Shown: positions 1-8,448 of the stretch, piece by piece | Position numbering within the stretch: position 1 is the stretch's first letter | Layout: each line of letters starts with the position of its first letter | Assembly: GCA_037446135.1 (NCBI GenBank) | Contig: JBBIJD010000006.1 | Coordinates: forward strand, 1-25,876 | From: Candidatus Fraserbacteria bacterium | Lineage (GTDB): Bacteria; Bipolaricaulota; Bipolaricaulia; RBG-16-55-9; JANLFV01 | DNA: 25,876 bases | Reading direction: 5' to 3' | Program-made: the position numbers and the translations under genes | The notes under the pieces: model-generated | What the model saw: the letters and a program-made list of their open reading frames with translations, nothing else | Database searches by the model: none | Told to the model about the DNA's origin: nothing

Positions 1-2
1 CG

Positions 3-590
3 CACGGCGACCCGCTCGAGGTCCTGGTCAAGACGATCCTCTCCCAGAACACCAACGATGCCAACCGAGATCGGGCCTATTCCGGGCTGAAAGGGCGGTT
101 CCCCACATGGGAGGCCCTGGCCGCGGCCTCTGTGGAGGAGCTAGCCGAGGCCATTAAGCCCGGCGGGCTCCACCACGAGAAGGCCCGCAGGATCAAGAAG
201 ATCCTCCGGAAGCTGGCCGCGCGAGAAGGAAGCTGTACCCTCGCCTACCTTGAGCCTTTGAGCACGGAAGAGGCGCTGGCCGAGCTCTTGGAGTTCGAGG
301 GAGTAGGGAAGAAGACTGCCGGGGTAGTCCTCCTCTTCTCCCTGAGGAAGCCCTACTTCCCCGTCGACACCCACATCGCGCGGATCGCGTGTCGGCTCGG
401 CTGGATAGAGAAGGGCGAGCCCCCGCATGAGAAGCTCAATCCCCTTATCCCGGACCGGCTGAAATACCAGCTCCATCTCCAGCTCATCCGGCACGGTCGA
501 GAGACCTGCCGGGCCCGGCGGCCGCGCTGCTCTGAGTGTCCCTTGAAAGACCTCTGCCCCTCAGTCAGCCTCGATCGGCCAGGCCAATAA
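3..590 (+). CDS. nth: Endonuclease III / HhH-GPD DNA glycosylase, 5'-truncated by the window edge
   Basis: The frame is open from base 3 (HGDPLEVLVKTILSQNTND...), upstream of the tracked GTG at 132. It has the LSQNT motif, HhH motif LLEFEGVGKKTA, catalytic VDTH, and the C-x6-C-x2-C-x5-C [4Fe-4S] motif CRARRPRCSECPLKDLC. Confidence 0.9.
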   Translation, partial: HGDPLEVLVKTILSQNTNDANRDRAYSGLKGRFPTWEALAAASVEELAEAIKPGGLHHEKARRIKKILRKLAAREGSCTLAYLEPLSTEEALAELLEFEGVGKKTAGVVLLFSLRKPYFPVDTHIARIACRLGWIEKGEPPHEKLNPLIPDRLKYQLHLQLIRHGRETCRARRPRCSECPLKDLCPSVSLDRPGQ

Positions 591-593
591 AGG

Positions 594-631
594 GGCCGGG
601 GAGGACGGGCGGCTTGCCGTCCTCCCCGGCC
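594..631 (-). terminator. Intrinsic terminator hairpin between convergent genes
   Basis: Perfect 15-bp inverted repeat GGCCGGGGAGGACGG (594-608) / CCGTCCTCCCCGGCC (617-631) with an 8-nt loop. On the minus strand it is followed by CCTTTATT. Confidence 0.75.
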
Positions 632-700
632 ACGACAAGAAAGGGGGATTCCTGCCCCATCTTCCACTCCCCTCAGAGGGGGAGACCGACCCGTCCTGTC

Positions 701-1822
701 TTACTTCACCATGAAGGGCACGACGAGCGCTCCCAGCCCGACGAGCAGGGCGAGCAGGGCCATCGTGCTGGCCGAGCTGGCCTTCTTATTGGCCTCATCG
801 AGCTGCTTCTGGAGCGCCTCGATCTTCGCTGCTGCCTGCTGCACGGCCGCTACCGAGGGCTCGATCTCCGCCTTGACCGAGGCGAGGACCTCGCCCTTGA
901 GGGCCTCTACATCGATCGGCTTCTGAAGCTCCTGGACCTTGACCTTGGTGGCCTCGACCTCCATCAGGACCGAGCCGAGCTTCTCCTTCAGCTTCTCGAG
1001 CGAGCCGTAGAGCTCGTCCACCTTCATCTGCTTGATCGTGGCGTAGAGCTCCTTGATCGCTGTCTCATCCTGATCGGCCCGGACGAGGAGCTTCCCCACC
1101 ACATCCTGGAGGTTGTCCACGACCGGTTTGAGGCCGGAGAGGACGCGGACCATATCGGAGAGCTCGATCAGCCGGTCCTCGTAGAGCTTGGTCCGGGTAT
1201 AGATGTCCCCGACGGTCCCCTGGAGGCTGACCAAGGCCGGTTGGAGGCCGCTCAAGGCCGCCACGGCCTTCTGGAGCTCCGGGACGGCCGCGGCCAGGCC
1301 GGAGACGGTTTCCCCGATCTGGACGACGACCGGCTTGAGCTGGGAGAGGTCCTGGACCTGCTCCGCCAGGATCCCTAGCCGCCCCTCGGCCTTCTCCAGC
1401 CGCTCAGCCATCCCGCCGACCGTGTTCTGCAGGGTGATCACGGTCCCGGAGAGGTTCCCGAAGCCCTCCTTCAGGTCAGCCATATCCTCGCTCAGTTGGG
1501 CCATTGTGGCCTGGAGCTCGGAGATTGTCCCCTCGAACTTCTTGTAGTTGAACTGGAGCTCCTTGTAGAGTCGCTCCAGGGTGAGGACCCTTGGCTGGAG
1601 ATCAGCCACGCCCTTATCGAAGTCCTCGGAGAGCTTCAAGACCTCTGCAGAGAGGGCCCGGACCGTGGAATCGAGGGCCTTCATGGCCTCCTGGAGCTGG
1701 GCTACCTTCCCCTTGAGGGTCGAGTCGTCCTGGGCCAGGGTCGCGATGGAGAGCGGCCCACAGAGTAGCGCTGCTAGCAGCAGCAAGAGCAGCGACCGAC
1801 GCAACAACTTGGATTTGAGCAT
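701..1822 (-). CDS. Exported long coiled-coil protein with C-terminal membrane anchor (hypothetical envelope protein)
   Basis: N-terminal signal peptide (KSKLLRR + hydrophobic core + TLA/Q), about 300 aa of heptad pattern, and a C-terminal hydrophobic helix ALLALLVGLGALVVPFMVK. An SD-like AAAGGGGGG lies upstream. Confidence 0.8.
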   Translation of the reverse strand: MLKSKLLRRSLLLLLLAALLCGPLSIATLAQDDSTLKGKVAQLQEAMKALDSTVRALSAEVLKLSEDFDKGVADLQPRVLTLERLYKELQFNYKKFEGTISELQATMAQLSEDMADLKEGFGNLSGTVITLQNTVGGMAERLEKAEGRLGILAEQVQDLSQLKPVVVQIGETVSGLAAAVPELQKAVAALSGLQPALVSLQGTVGDIYTRTKLYEDRLIELSDMVRVLSGLKPVVDNLQDVVGKLLVRADQDETAIKELYATIKQMKVDELYGSLEKLKEKLGSVLMEVEATKVKVQELQKPIDVEALKGEVLASVKAEIEPSVAAVQQAAAKIEALQKQLDEANKKASSASTMALLALLVGLGALVVPFMVK

Positions 1823-1968
1823 TCACATCCCCCCTTTACGCTTGGCCCCATTCTACCGAGCCGGTGGCGGGGGATCGGTGATCGGAATCACCCTAGAATT
1901 CAAGATTTCCGGAAAGGCTTCCCCTCGGAAGGTGATCTCCGTCCCCTCCCTTGGGCCCACCTGCCCGG

Positions 1969-1998
1969 TTGCCAGGGACGGGTCACAGGGGGTATAAA
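1969..1998 (+). promoter_or_regulatory. sigma70-type promoter TTGCCA-N18-TATAAA
   Basis: -35 at 1969-1974 and -10 at 1993-1998. The ATG lies 8 nt downstream of the -10 box. Confidence 0.55.
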
Positions 1999-2006
1999 AG
2001 GTTCAA

Positions 2007-2798
2007 ATGGACCTAGAGCTCAGTGGGAAACGAGCAGTCGTGGCGGCGGCCAGCCGGGGCTTGGGGAAGGCGATCGCCCTCCGGCTGGCTGAGGAGGGGG
2101 CAAGCCTGGCAATCTGCGCCCGGGACCCCAAGAGGCTGGAGGAGGCGGCGGAGGAGATCCGGAAGCGGACAGGCGCGGAGGTCCTGGCGGTCCCGACGGA
2201 CCTGACAGATTACGCTCAGATCCGACGATTCGTCAGCGCGGCCATGGAGAGGTTCGGCGGGGTCGATATCCTGGTGGCCAACGCCGGTGGGCCGCCCCCT
2301 GGCCCGTTCCTGGAGATGAGCGACGAGCAGTGGCAGGCCGCCTTTCAGCTCACCTTGATGAGCGCCGTCCGCCTCGCCCGTGAGGTTATTCCCAGCATGA
2401 TCGCCCAGCGCTGGGGGCGACTGATCTTCTCCACCTCAGTCGCGGTGAAGCAGCCGCTCGAGGATCTTGTCTTATCGAACTCCCTCCGCCTGGCGGTGAT
2501 CGGCTTGGCCAAGTCCCTGGCCAATGAGCTGGCACGGCATAACATCACGGTGAACTCCGTCTGTCCCGGGGCGACGGCCACGGACCGCATGAGGGAGTTG
2601 ATCAGCTCCCAGGCGAAGCGGCAGGGGATCAGATATGAAGAGGCGGCGCAGAGCTGGCTGCGGGACATCCCGCTGGGGCGGTTGGGGGAGCCCGAAGAGC
2701 TGGCCGCTCTCGTAGCCTTCCTCGCCTCGGAGCGGGCAAGCTATATCACCGGCACAGCGATCCAGGTCGATGGTGGGAGCGTCCGCTTCCCGCTCTGA
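2007..2798 (+). CDS. Short-chain dehydrogenase/reductase, atypical BKR-like subfamily
   Basis: Rossmann motif AAASRGLG, VANAGG, NSVCPG, and C-terminal YITGTAIQVDGG. The catalytic YxxxK is replaced by SNSLR. Confidence 0.9.
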   Translation: MDLELSGKRAVVAAASRGLGKAIALRLAEEGASLAICARDPKRLEEAAEEIRKRTGAEVLAVPTDLTDYAQIRRFVSAAMERFGGVDILVANAGGPPPGPFLEMSDEQWQAAFQLTLMSAVRLAREVIPSMIAQRWGRLIFSTSVAVKQPLEDLVLSNSLRLAVIGLAKSLANELARHNITVNSVCPGATATDRMRELISSQAKRQGIRYEEAAQSWLRDIPLGRLGEPEELAALVAFLASERASYITGTAIQVDGGSVRFPL

Positions 2799-2884
2799 TC
2801 GAGCCCTCTGCGAGTGGCCGGCCACCTCGCATCACAGGGGGAAGGGCGACCGGCTCGACGGCCATGGATGCCGCGCCTGCTTGT

Positions 2885-2912
2885 TTGACATCCTGGGGTG
2901 ATATTGTATAAT
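2885..2912 (+). promoter_or_regulatory. Consensus sigma70 promoter TTGACA-N16-TATAAT for the regulator gene
   Basis: Exact consensus hexamers at 2885-2890 and 2907-2912. Confidence 0.75.
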
Positions 2913-2962
2913 TTCGCCAAACGGGCTGACCGTCCTTGCCAGGGAACTCTGGAGCGAGCAAG

Positions 2963-4675
2963 ATGCCCCTGACGCTTCGTGAAGCGCTGACGATGGTTGA
3001 GCCCCTGAGAAGGGCCCGGGTGGTAGCGGGAGAGCAGGGGCTGGACAATGTGATCCGCTCCGTCAATGTAATGGAAGTCCCGGACATCCTGGACTGGGTC
3101 CGGCCGGGCGAGCTTCTGGTGACCACGATGTATCCTCTCCGGGACGAGGCCGCGGAGATAGCGACCCTAGTGCCCCGGCTGGCTGAGAAGGGCCTGGCAG
3201 GGCTGGCGGTCACTCCCCTGAGCTACATTGACGAGCTGCCCCAGTGCATGCTGGACGCCGCCAACAGGCTGGGATTCCCGCTGATCGAGCTCCCTCCGCG
3301 GGTCTCCTTCATCGACATTATCCAGCCGCTGACCAACGAGATCTTGAAACTGCAAGCGAACGAGATACTCCTATCCGAGCGGATCCTCCGCCAGTTCATC
3401 GACCTGGTGCTCAGCGGCGGGAGCTACTCCGAAATCGCTCAAGTGATCGCCCAAGTGGTCCAATACCCGGTCTCGATCGTTGACCGGTTCCGTCGGGTAT
3501 TAGGGAATGGCTCGCCTGTCGGGGGAGGGCGGGTGCAGAAGCGCTTCATCCGGAAGGACAGTGCTGGGGATAGCTATCTGAACGACCTGTATAAGCCGGA
3601 GTTAGTAGAGGCCCTCCCGGGGAATGAGGCCAAGCACATGCGGGTGCTGGGGCCGGAAGGGCCCATTGATCACATCGTCTGCCCGATCACCGTCAGCTCG
3701 ATGACCCTCGGCGAGCTCATCGTTTGGGGGCTGCTCTCCTACCCGCTCCGCTCCACGGACCTGCTCGCTGTCCAGCATGGGGCCACCGTGGTCGCGCTCA
3801 AGATGATGGAGATGCGCTCCATTGATGAGGTAAAGGAGCGCTTTCGGAACGAGATCCTTGAAGGGCTGCTCTCGGACTGGCCGGCAGACCGTGAGCGGGC
3901 CGCCGATCTCTCGCGCGAGCTCGGGGATCGCCTCAATCCCCCGTTCGCGCTCATCCTGGTCGAGCCCGACCTGCCCTCGGAGATGGTCTTGACCAAAGCG
4001 GCAAGCGCTGAGCAGAGTAATGTCAGCCTGAGCCTGCACCTCGCGAGGCGCTACATCCACGCCATTGAGCCCCAAGCCTCCTTCTGGCACCAGGGGGCTC
4101 GCTTGGTGGTGGCCTTCCCTCTCCAAGCCCAGCGGCTCGCTGAGGCCAAGGCCTTCCTCATCCAAGAGCTACACAAGGTATGCGAGCGGGTCGGGGCCGA
4201 GAACTCCCCATACACCGTATCGGTGGGGATCAGCAGCCCTGTCTTTGACCTGGCCGAGTTCCGCCAGGCCTACGAATGCGCGCGACAGAGCTTGGAGATG
4301 GGGCGGGCCTTCCAGGGGAGGCCTTCCAGTGTGGTCACGCACTATGAGGATCTGGGTTTATTCCGCGTCATCTCCCTCGCCGGATCCCCCGCCAGCCTGG
4401 AGCGCTTCTGCCTGGATGAGATCGGCCCACTGATCGCCCACGATCGCGCGAGCGGGACGGAGCTGGTCAAGACCCTGCGCGTCTTCCTGGAACAGAACAG
4501 GAGCTTGGCCAAGGCGGCGGAGGCCCTACACATCCACTACAATACCATGCGCTATCGGCTCGATCGGATCAAGGAGATCCTCGGCGAAGCCCTGGACAAC
4601 CCCCAGCGACGATTGACCGTCGAGGTCGCCCTGCAGCTCTACCCTCTCGTCGCCCGATCCTTAGCTCCCCGCTGA
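2963..4675 (+). CDS. PucR-family transcriptional regulator (PucR N-domain, GAF/GGDEF-like middle, C-terminal HTH)
   Basis: N-terminal VVAGEQGLDNVIRSVNVMEVPDILDWVRPGELLVTT and C-terminal TLRVFLEQNRSLAKAAEALHIHYNTMRYRLDRI. ATG 2963 has GGAG 8 nt upstream and is preferred over TTG 2936. Confidence 0.92.
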   Translation: MPLTLREALTMVEPLRRARVVAGEQGLDNVIRSVNVMEVPDILDWVRPGELLVTTMYPLRDEAAEIATLVPRLAEKGLAGLAVTPLSYIDELPQCMLDAANRLGFPLIELPPRVSFIDIIQPLTNEILKLQANEILLSERILRQFIDLVLSGGSYSEIAQVIAQVVQYPVSIVDRFRRVLGNGSPVGGGRVQKRFIRKDSAGDSYLNDLYKPELVEALPGNEAKHMRVLGPEGPIDHIVCPITVSSMTLGELIVWGLLSYPLRSTDLLAVQHGATVVALKMMEMRSIDEVKERFRNEILEGLLSDWPADRERAADLSRELGDRLNPPFALILVEPDLPSEMVLTKAASAEQSNVSLSLHLARRYIHAIEPQASFWHQGARLVVAFPLQAQRLAEAKAFLIQELHKVCERVGAENSPYTVSVGISSPVFDLAEFRQAYECARQSLEMGRAFQGRPSSVVTHYEDLGLFRVISLAGSPASLERFCLDEIGPLIAHDRASGTELVKTLRVFLEQNRSLAKAAEALHIHYNTMRYRLDRIKEILGEALDNPQRRLTVEVALQLYPLVARSLAPR

Positions 4676-4724
4676 TGAGCGTGGCCCCTGGGGCCTCTCG
4701 CTCGGCACACATAGTCAGATGATC

Positions 4725-4768
4725 TTGGCAAGAATCGACAAAGCACCCCGGGCCATTTGGCAATAATC
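4725..4768 (+). promoter_or_regulatory. Candidate PucR-family operator: direct repeat TTGGCAA(G/T)AATC
   Basis: TTGGCAAGAATC (4725-4736) and TTGGCAATAATC (4757-4768), 32 bp apart, ending 4 bp upstream of the -35 box. Confidence 0.55.
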
Positions 4769-4772
4769 CATA

Positions 4773-4802
4773 TTGACAGGGACTATCGGAGTTGGCTATG
4801 AT
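4773..4802 (+). promoter_or_regulatory. sigma70 promoter TTGACA-N18-TATGAT for the transporter operon
   Basis: -35 at 4773-4778 and -10 at 4797-4802. The tracked TTG start at 4773 is actually the -35 box. Confidence 0.7.
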
Positions 4803-4808
4803 TTTCAT

Positions 4809-6398
4809 GTGAATAACCCCCCAATCCCGAGGCCTTCCCCTGAGGGGTGTCTCGCGGCGGCTGGGCCGCTGATCGCCCTGCGAGGGATCACCAAGGCCTT
4901 CCCCAATGTTCTGGCGAACGACAAAGTAGATCTAGACATCTATCCCGGCGAGGTCCACGCCCTCCTCGGGGAGAACGGAGCCGGGAAGAGCACGCTGGTC
5001 AAGGTCCTCTACGGCTTCTACCGGGCAGATTCCGGAGAGGTGCACTTCCTCGGCCAGAGGGTGCAGCTCCGCTCACCCCTGGATGCCCGCGGCCTGGGCA
5101 TCGGGATGGTCTTCCAGGACTTCACCCTCATCCCAGCGATGAGCGTCGTCGAGAATATCGCCCTCTTCCTCCCCCGCTTGAGTGCGGTCCTGGACAAAAG
5201 GCAGATCGTTAAGCGGATTGAGGAGGTCTCGGAGCGCTATAACCTCCAGGTGCACCCCTGGGCACCCGTCTGGCAACTCTCCATCGGGGAGAAACAGAAG
5301 GTCGAGATCCTGAAGCTCCTACTAGCGGATGCGCGGCTCCTCATCCTGGACGAGCCCACGAGGGTGCTCGCGCCGCATGAAGTGGAGGCGCTATTCCAAG
5401 TCTTCGCCAAGCTGCGGGGGGACGGCTATGCCATCATCTTCATCACGCACAAACTGCCGGAGGTGCTCGCCTGTGCCGATCGGATTACGGTGATGCGTCG
5501 CGGGCGGGTTGCCGGGGCGCTCCTGAGGTCGGAGGCTACCGAGAGTTCGTTGGTGGCCCTGATGTTCGGGGCCACACCCCCGGCCGAGGTCAGTCGGCGC
5601 GGTGGGCCGCCACCCCTTGCGGCCCCGCCGCTGCTGGAGCTGAGAGGGGTCTATACGCGAGGCCAAGGCATGGCCACGAGTCTAGCGGGGATCGACTTGT
5701 TGATCCGAGCGGGGGAGATCGTGGGTGTAGCCGGGGTCTCGGGGAACGGTCAGCGAGAGCTCGGAGATGTGATCCTGGGCCTGGAGAGGTGTGCGCGGGG
5801 GAGGAGGTTCCTCATGGGGGAAGACGCTACGGGCTGGTCTGTGGCCCGGGTGCGGGCTAGGGGGGTCGCCTTCATCCCTGAGGAGCCGCTCCTCATGGCC
5901 ACAGTGCCGCTGATGAAGGTCCAGGAGAACATGGCCTTAGGGGAGACCAAGCGGTATGAGCTGGGGCACGGCTTCGCTGTAGATTGGGGCTCTGTGCGTC
6001 GGGACATGGAGCAGGCCTTCCAGATGCTGGGGTTAGAGGCCCCGCCGTTCCATGTCCCAGTTCGGGCCCTGTCCGGTGGGAATCTCCAGCGCTTAGTGCT
6101 AGCCCGTGAGCTGGCCCGTAACCCCAAGTTGATCGTCGCCCTCTACCCGACGCGTGGGCTCGATGTGCCCAGCGTGATGGCTGTTCGGCGGCTCCTGCTC
6201 GAGGCCCGCAATGCGGGGAGAGGCGTGCTCCTCATCTCTGAGGACTTGGAGGAGTTATTCTCCCTCAGCGATCGGCTCGTCGTCCTCTATCGCGGGCGGC
6301 TCGTCGGCCAATTCAAGCCGGAAGAGACCACCATCAATGAGGTGGGCCATCTCATGGTAGGAGCGGGTGGTCCGCATGGGCATGAGCAGGGTCGCTGA
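4809..6398 (+). CDS. ABC transporter ATP-binding protein, double-domain (CUT2/nucleoside type)
   Basis: Walker A GENGAGKST, LSIGEKQKVEI, Walker B LLILDEPT, and a second domain with GVSGNGQRE and LSGGNLQR. The start is uncertain; GTG 4809 is the first in-frame start after the promoter. Confidence 0.9.
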   Translation: MNNPPIPRPSPEGCLAAAGPLIALRGITKAFPNVLANDKVDLDIYPGEVHALLGENGAGKSTLVKVLYGFYRADSGEVHFLGQRVQLRSPLDARGLGIGMVFQDFTLIPAMSVVENIALFLPRLSAVLDKRQIVKRIEEVSERYNLQVHPWAPVWQLSIGEKQKVEILKLLLADARLLILDEPTRVLAPHEVEALFQVFAKLRGDGYAIIFITHKLPEVLACADRITVMRRGRVAGALLRSEATESSLVALMFGATPPAEVSRRGGPPPLAAPPLLELRGVYTRGQGMATSLAGIDLLIRAGEIVGVAGVSGNGQRELGDVILGLERCARGRRFLMGEDATGWSVARVRARGVAFIPEEPLLMATVPLMKVQENMALGETKRYELGHGFAVDWGSVRRDMEQAFQMLGLEAPPFHVPVRALSGGNLQRLVLARELARNPKLIVALYPTRGLDVPSVMAVRRLLLEARNAGRGVLLISEDLEELFSLSDRLVVLYRGRLVGQFKPEETTINEVGHLMVGAGGPHGHEQGR

Positions 6399-7446
6399 GC
6401 TCGCGCCGCGCCTCTTGCGCCGAGGCCGGGGCCTGACCGCGGCCTTAGCGAGGGTTGTGATTACGGCCGCCCTGGCGCTGGTCGCATTCGGGCTCGTCCT
6501 GCTTATTATAGGCAGGAACCCCGCCAGAGCCTATGTCGATATCTTCCGTTACGCATTGGGGAGCTACTATGGCTTCTCCGAGGTCTTGGTCCGGATGATC
6601 CCGCTGCTGTTTACGGCCGTCGCCGCGGCCTTGCCCTTCAAGCTGGGGTTGATCAACATCGGTGGCGAGGGCCAGCTCTACCTGGGGGCCTGGCTCACCA
6701 GTTGGGCGGCCCTCACCTTCCCCGGCCTGCCGCAAGCGGTCCTCCTGCCGCTCATGATGCTCATGGGCTTCTTGGGCGGGGGCCTCTGGGCCGCGGTCGC
6801 CGGGGCCCTTCGCGCGAAGGGCTGGGTCAATGAGACGATCTCCACCCTGCTGCTGAACTATGTCGCCCCATTGATCGTGAACTACTACATCTTCGGGCCC
6901 TGGCGCTCGGCCGAGGCCGCCTCGTATCCCCAGTCCGCCGCCTTCGTCCCCGCGGCTCGCTTGCCGACCTTCGGGAACACGCGGGTCCATCTCGGGCTCG
7001 TCCTCGCGCTCGTGGTGCTCGCCCTGTTCTGGCTCTTTATGGCCCGGACCCGCTGGGGTCTGGAGATGCGGGCGATCGGCGGGAATCCGGAAGCGGCCCG
7101 GCGGGTGGGGATCAACCTCTTCCGATACATCCTCATCGTCTTCTTCATCGCTGGTGGGGTCGCGGGCCTGGCAGGGATGGCCGAGGTCTCGGCGATCTAC
7201 GGCCGACTCCCGCAGAACCTCTCGCCCGCTTACGGTTTTATCGGATTCCTCGTGAGCTGGCTCGCCGGGGGGAACGCCCTCGGGATCGTGATCATGAGTT
7301 TCCTGTTCGCGATCATCACCTCCGGGGGGCTCATCCTCCAGCTCACCCAGCGGGTCCCCTACGCGGCGGTGAACATCTTGCTGGCGCTGGTCTTGTTCAT
7401 CGTGCTGGCCCAGCCGGTCCGGACCCAGAAGAGGGGGGGAGGATGA
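6376..7446 (+). CDS. ABC transporter permease (BPD_transp_2, nucleoside/BMP type)
   Basis: Multi-TM protein with INIGGEGQ, NETISTLLLNY and TRWGLEMRAIGGNPEAARRVGI. The start is at 6376 or 6382. Confidence 0.9.
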   Translation: MGMSRVAELAPRLLRRGRGLTAALARVVITAALALVAFGLVLLIIGRNPARAYVDIFRYALGSYYGFSEVLVRMIPLLFTAVAAALPFKLGLINIGGEGQLYLGAWLTSWAALTFPGLPQAVLLPLMMLMGFLGGGLWAAVAGALRAKGWVNETISTLLLNYVAPLIVNYYIFGPWRSAEAASYPQSAAFVPAARLPTFGNTRVHLGLVLALVVLALFWLFMARTRWGLEMRAIGGNPEAARRVGINLFRYILIVFFIAGGVAGLAGMAEVSAIYGRLPQNLSPAYGFIGFLVSWLAGGNALGIVIMSFLFAIITSGGLILQLTQRVPYAAVNILLALVLFIVLAQPVRTQKRGGG

Positions 7447-8360
7447 GCCTGGCCTTGCTCGTCGGGGTCCTCTCAGGCTCAATCTCCTACGGGGTTCCCC
7501 TTCTCTATGCTACTTTGGGTGAGGTGCTCGTGGAGCGGGCAGGCATTATCAATCTCGGCCTTGAGGGGGTGCTGCTCATCGGGGCCTCGGTGGGCTTCGG
7601 GGTCACCTTCGAGACGGGCAGCCCGGCGCTGGGGGTCCTTGCCGCGGCCCTAGCCGGGGCCCTCTTCAACATGGTCTTCGGGTTCTTGGTGGTCAGCCGC
7701 GGGGCCAGCCAACCGGCAAGTGGGCTGATCATGATGTTCCTCGGGATGGGGCTGAGCACCCTGATCGGGAACCCCTATGTGGGGAAGCAGATCGCCGGGC
7801 TGAGCAAGTTCCAGATCCCCGGGGCTGCCGGGCTCCCCTGGGCCAGCGCGACCCTGTTCAACTACGACCTCCTGGTCTATCTGGCCTTCCCGCTGGCGGC
7901 CCTCGTCTGGTGGCTGCTCTATCACACCCGCTGGGGGCTGAGCCTGCGGGCCGTCGGGGAGAGCCCGACGGCCGCCTTCGCCGCTGGCCGCCGCCCCGCA
8001 TTATTGAAGTATCAAGCCCTCTTCTTAGGTGGCCTTATCGCCGGAATTGGGGGAGCTCATCTCTCGGTCGGGCTGACGATGACCTGGAACCAGGGGATGA
8101 CCGCCGGTCGGGGCTTCATCGCCATCGCGCTGGTCATCTTCTCCAAGTGGCACCCGCTGCGGGCGATCGTTGGGGCCGTCCTCTTTGGCGGCGCAGTCAC
8201 GCTCCAGCTCCAGATGCAGGCCCATGGGACCATGATCTCCCCGTTCCTCCTGGACATGATCCCCTATCTCTTGACGCTCGCGGTCCTCCTGCTTTGGGGC
8301 GGGGCGAGGAGGTTCGCCGCCCCGGCCGGGCTGGGGAAGCCCTTTAGAGGGACAGAATAG
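7443..8360 (+). CDS. ABC transporter permease (BPD_transp_2, second subunit)
   Basis: ERAGIINLGLEG, TRWGLSLRAVGESP, MTAGRGFIAIALV and MIPY. ATGA overlap with the upstream permease. Confidence 0.92.
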   Translation: MSLALLVGVLSGSISYGVPLLYATLGEVLVERAGIINLGLEGVLLIGASVGFGVTFETGSPALGVLAAALAGALFNMVFGFLVVSRGASQPASGLIMMFLGMGLSTLIGNPYVGKQIAGLSKFQIPGAAGLPWASATLFNYDLLVYLAFPLAALVWWLLYHTRWGLSLRAVGESPTAAFAAGRRPALLKYQALFLGGLIAGIGGAHLSVGLTMTWNQGMTAGRGFIAIALVIFSKWHPLRAIVGAVLFGGAVTLQLQMQAHGTMISPFLLDMIPYLLTLAVLLLWGGARRFAAPAGLGKPFRGTE

Positions 8361-8448
8361 TTCGAAGAGGAGCTGATGAAAGGGGGGATGCGTTATGTAG
8401 GATCTCTCGAGGGTAGCTGACTGAATCCAACATTTGCGGAGGTGAAGC

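Noticed and set aside
536..1378. 280-aa + strand ORF and other long antisense ORFs (e.g. 6445-7482, 20982-21809, 23995-24717, 25254-25799)
   Set aside because: These are shadow ORFs opposite well-supported genes in high-GC DNA, with no family motifs.
2804..2840. Terminator after the SDR gene (GTGGCCGGCCAC palindrome within an imperfect stem)
   Set aside because: The stem is imperfect and has no U-tract, so it is too weak to call.
4773..4808. Tracked extended starts (TTG 4773; likewise 2936, 10575, 14348, 20144, 23044)
   Set aside because: They overlap promoter boxes or upstream genes. Downstream starts fit family N-termini or SD spacing better.
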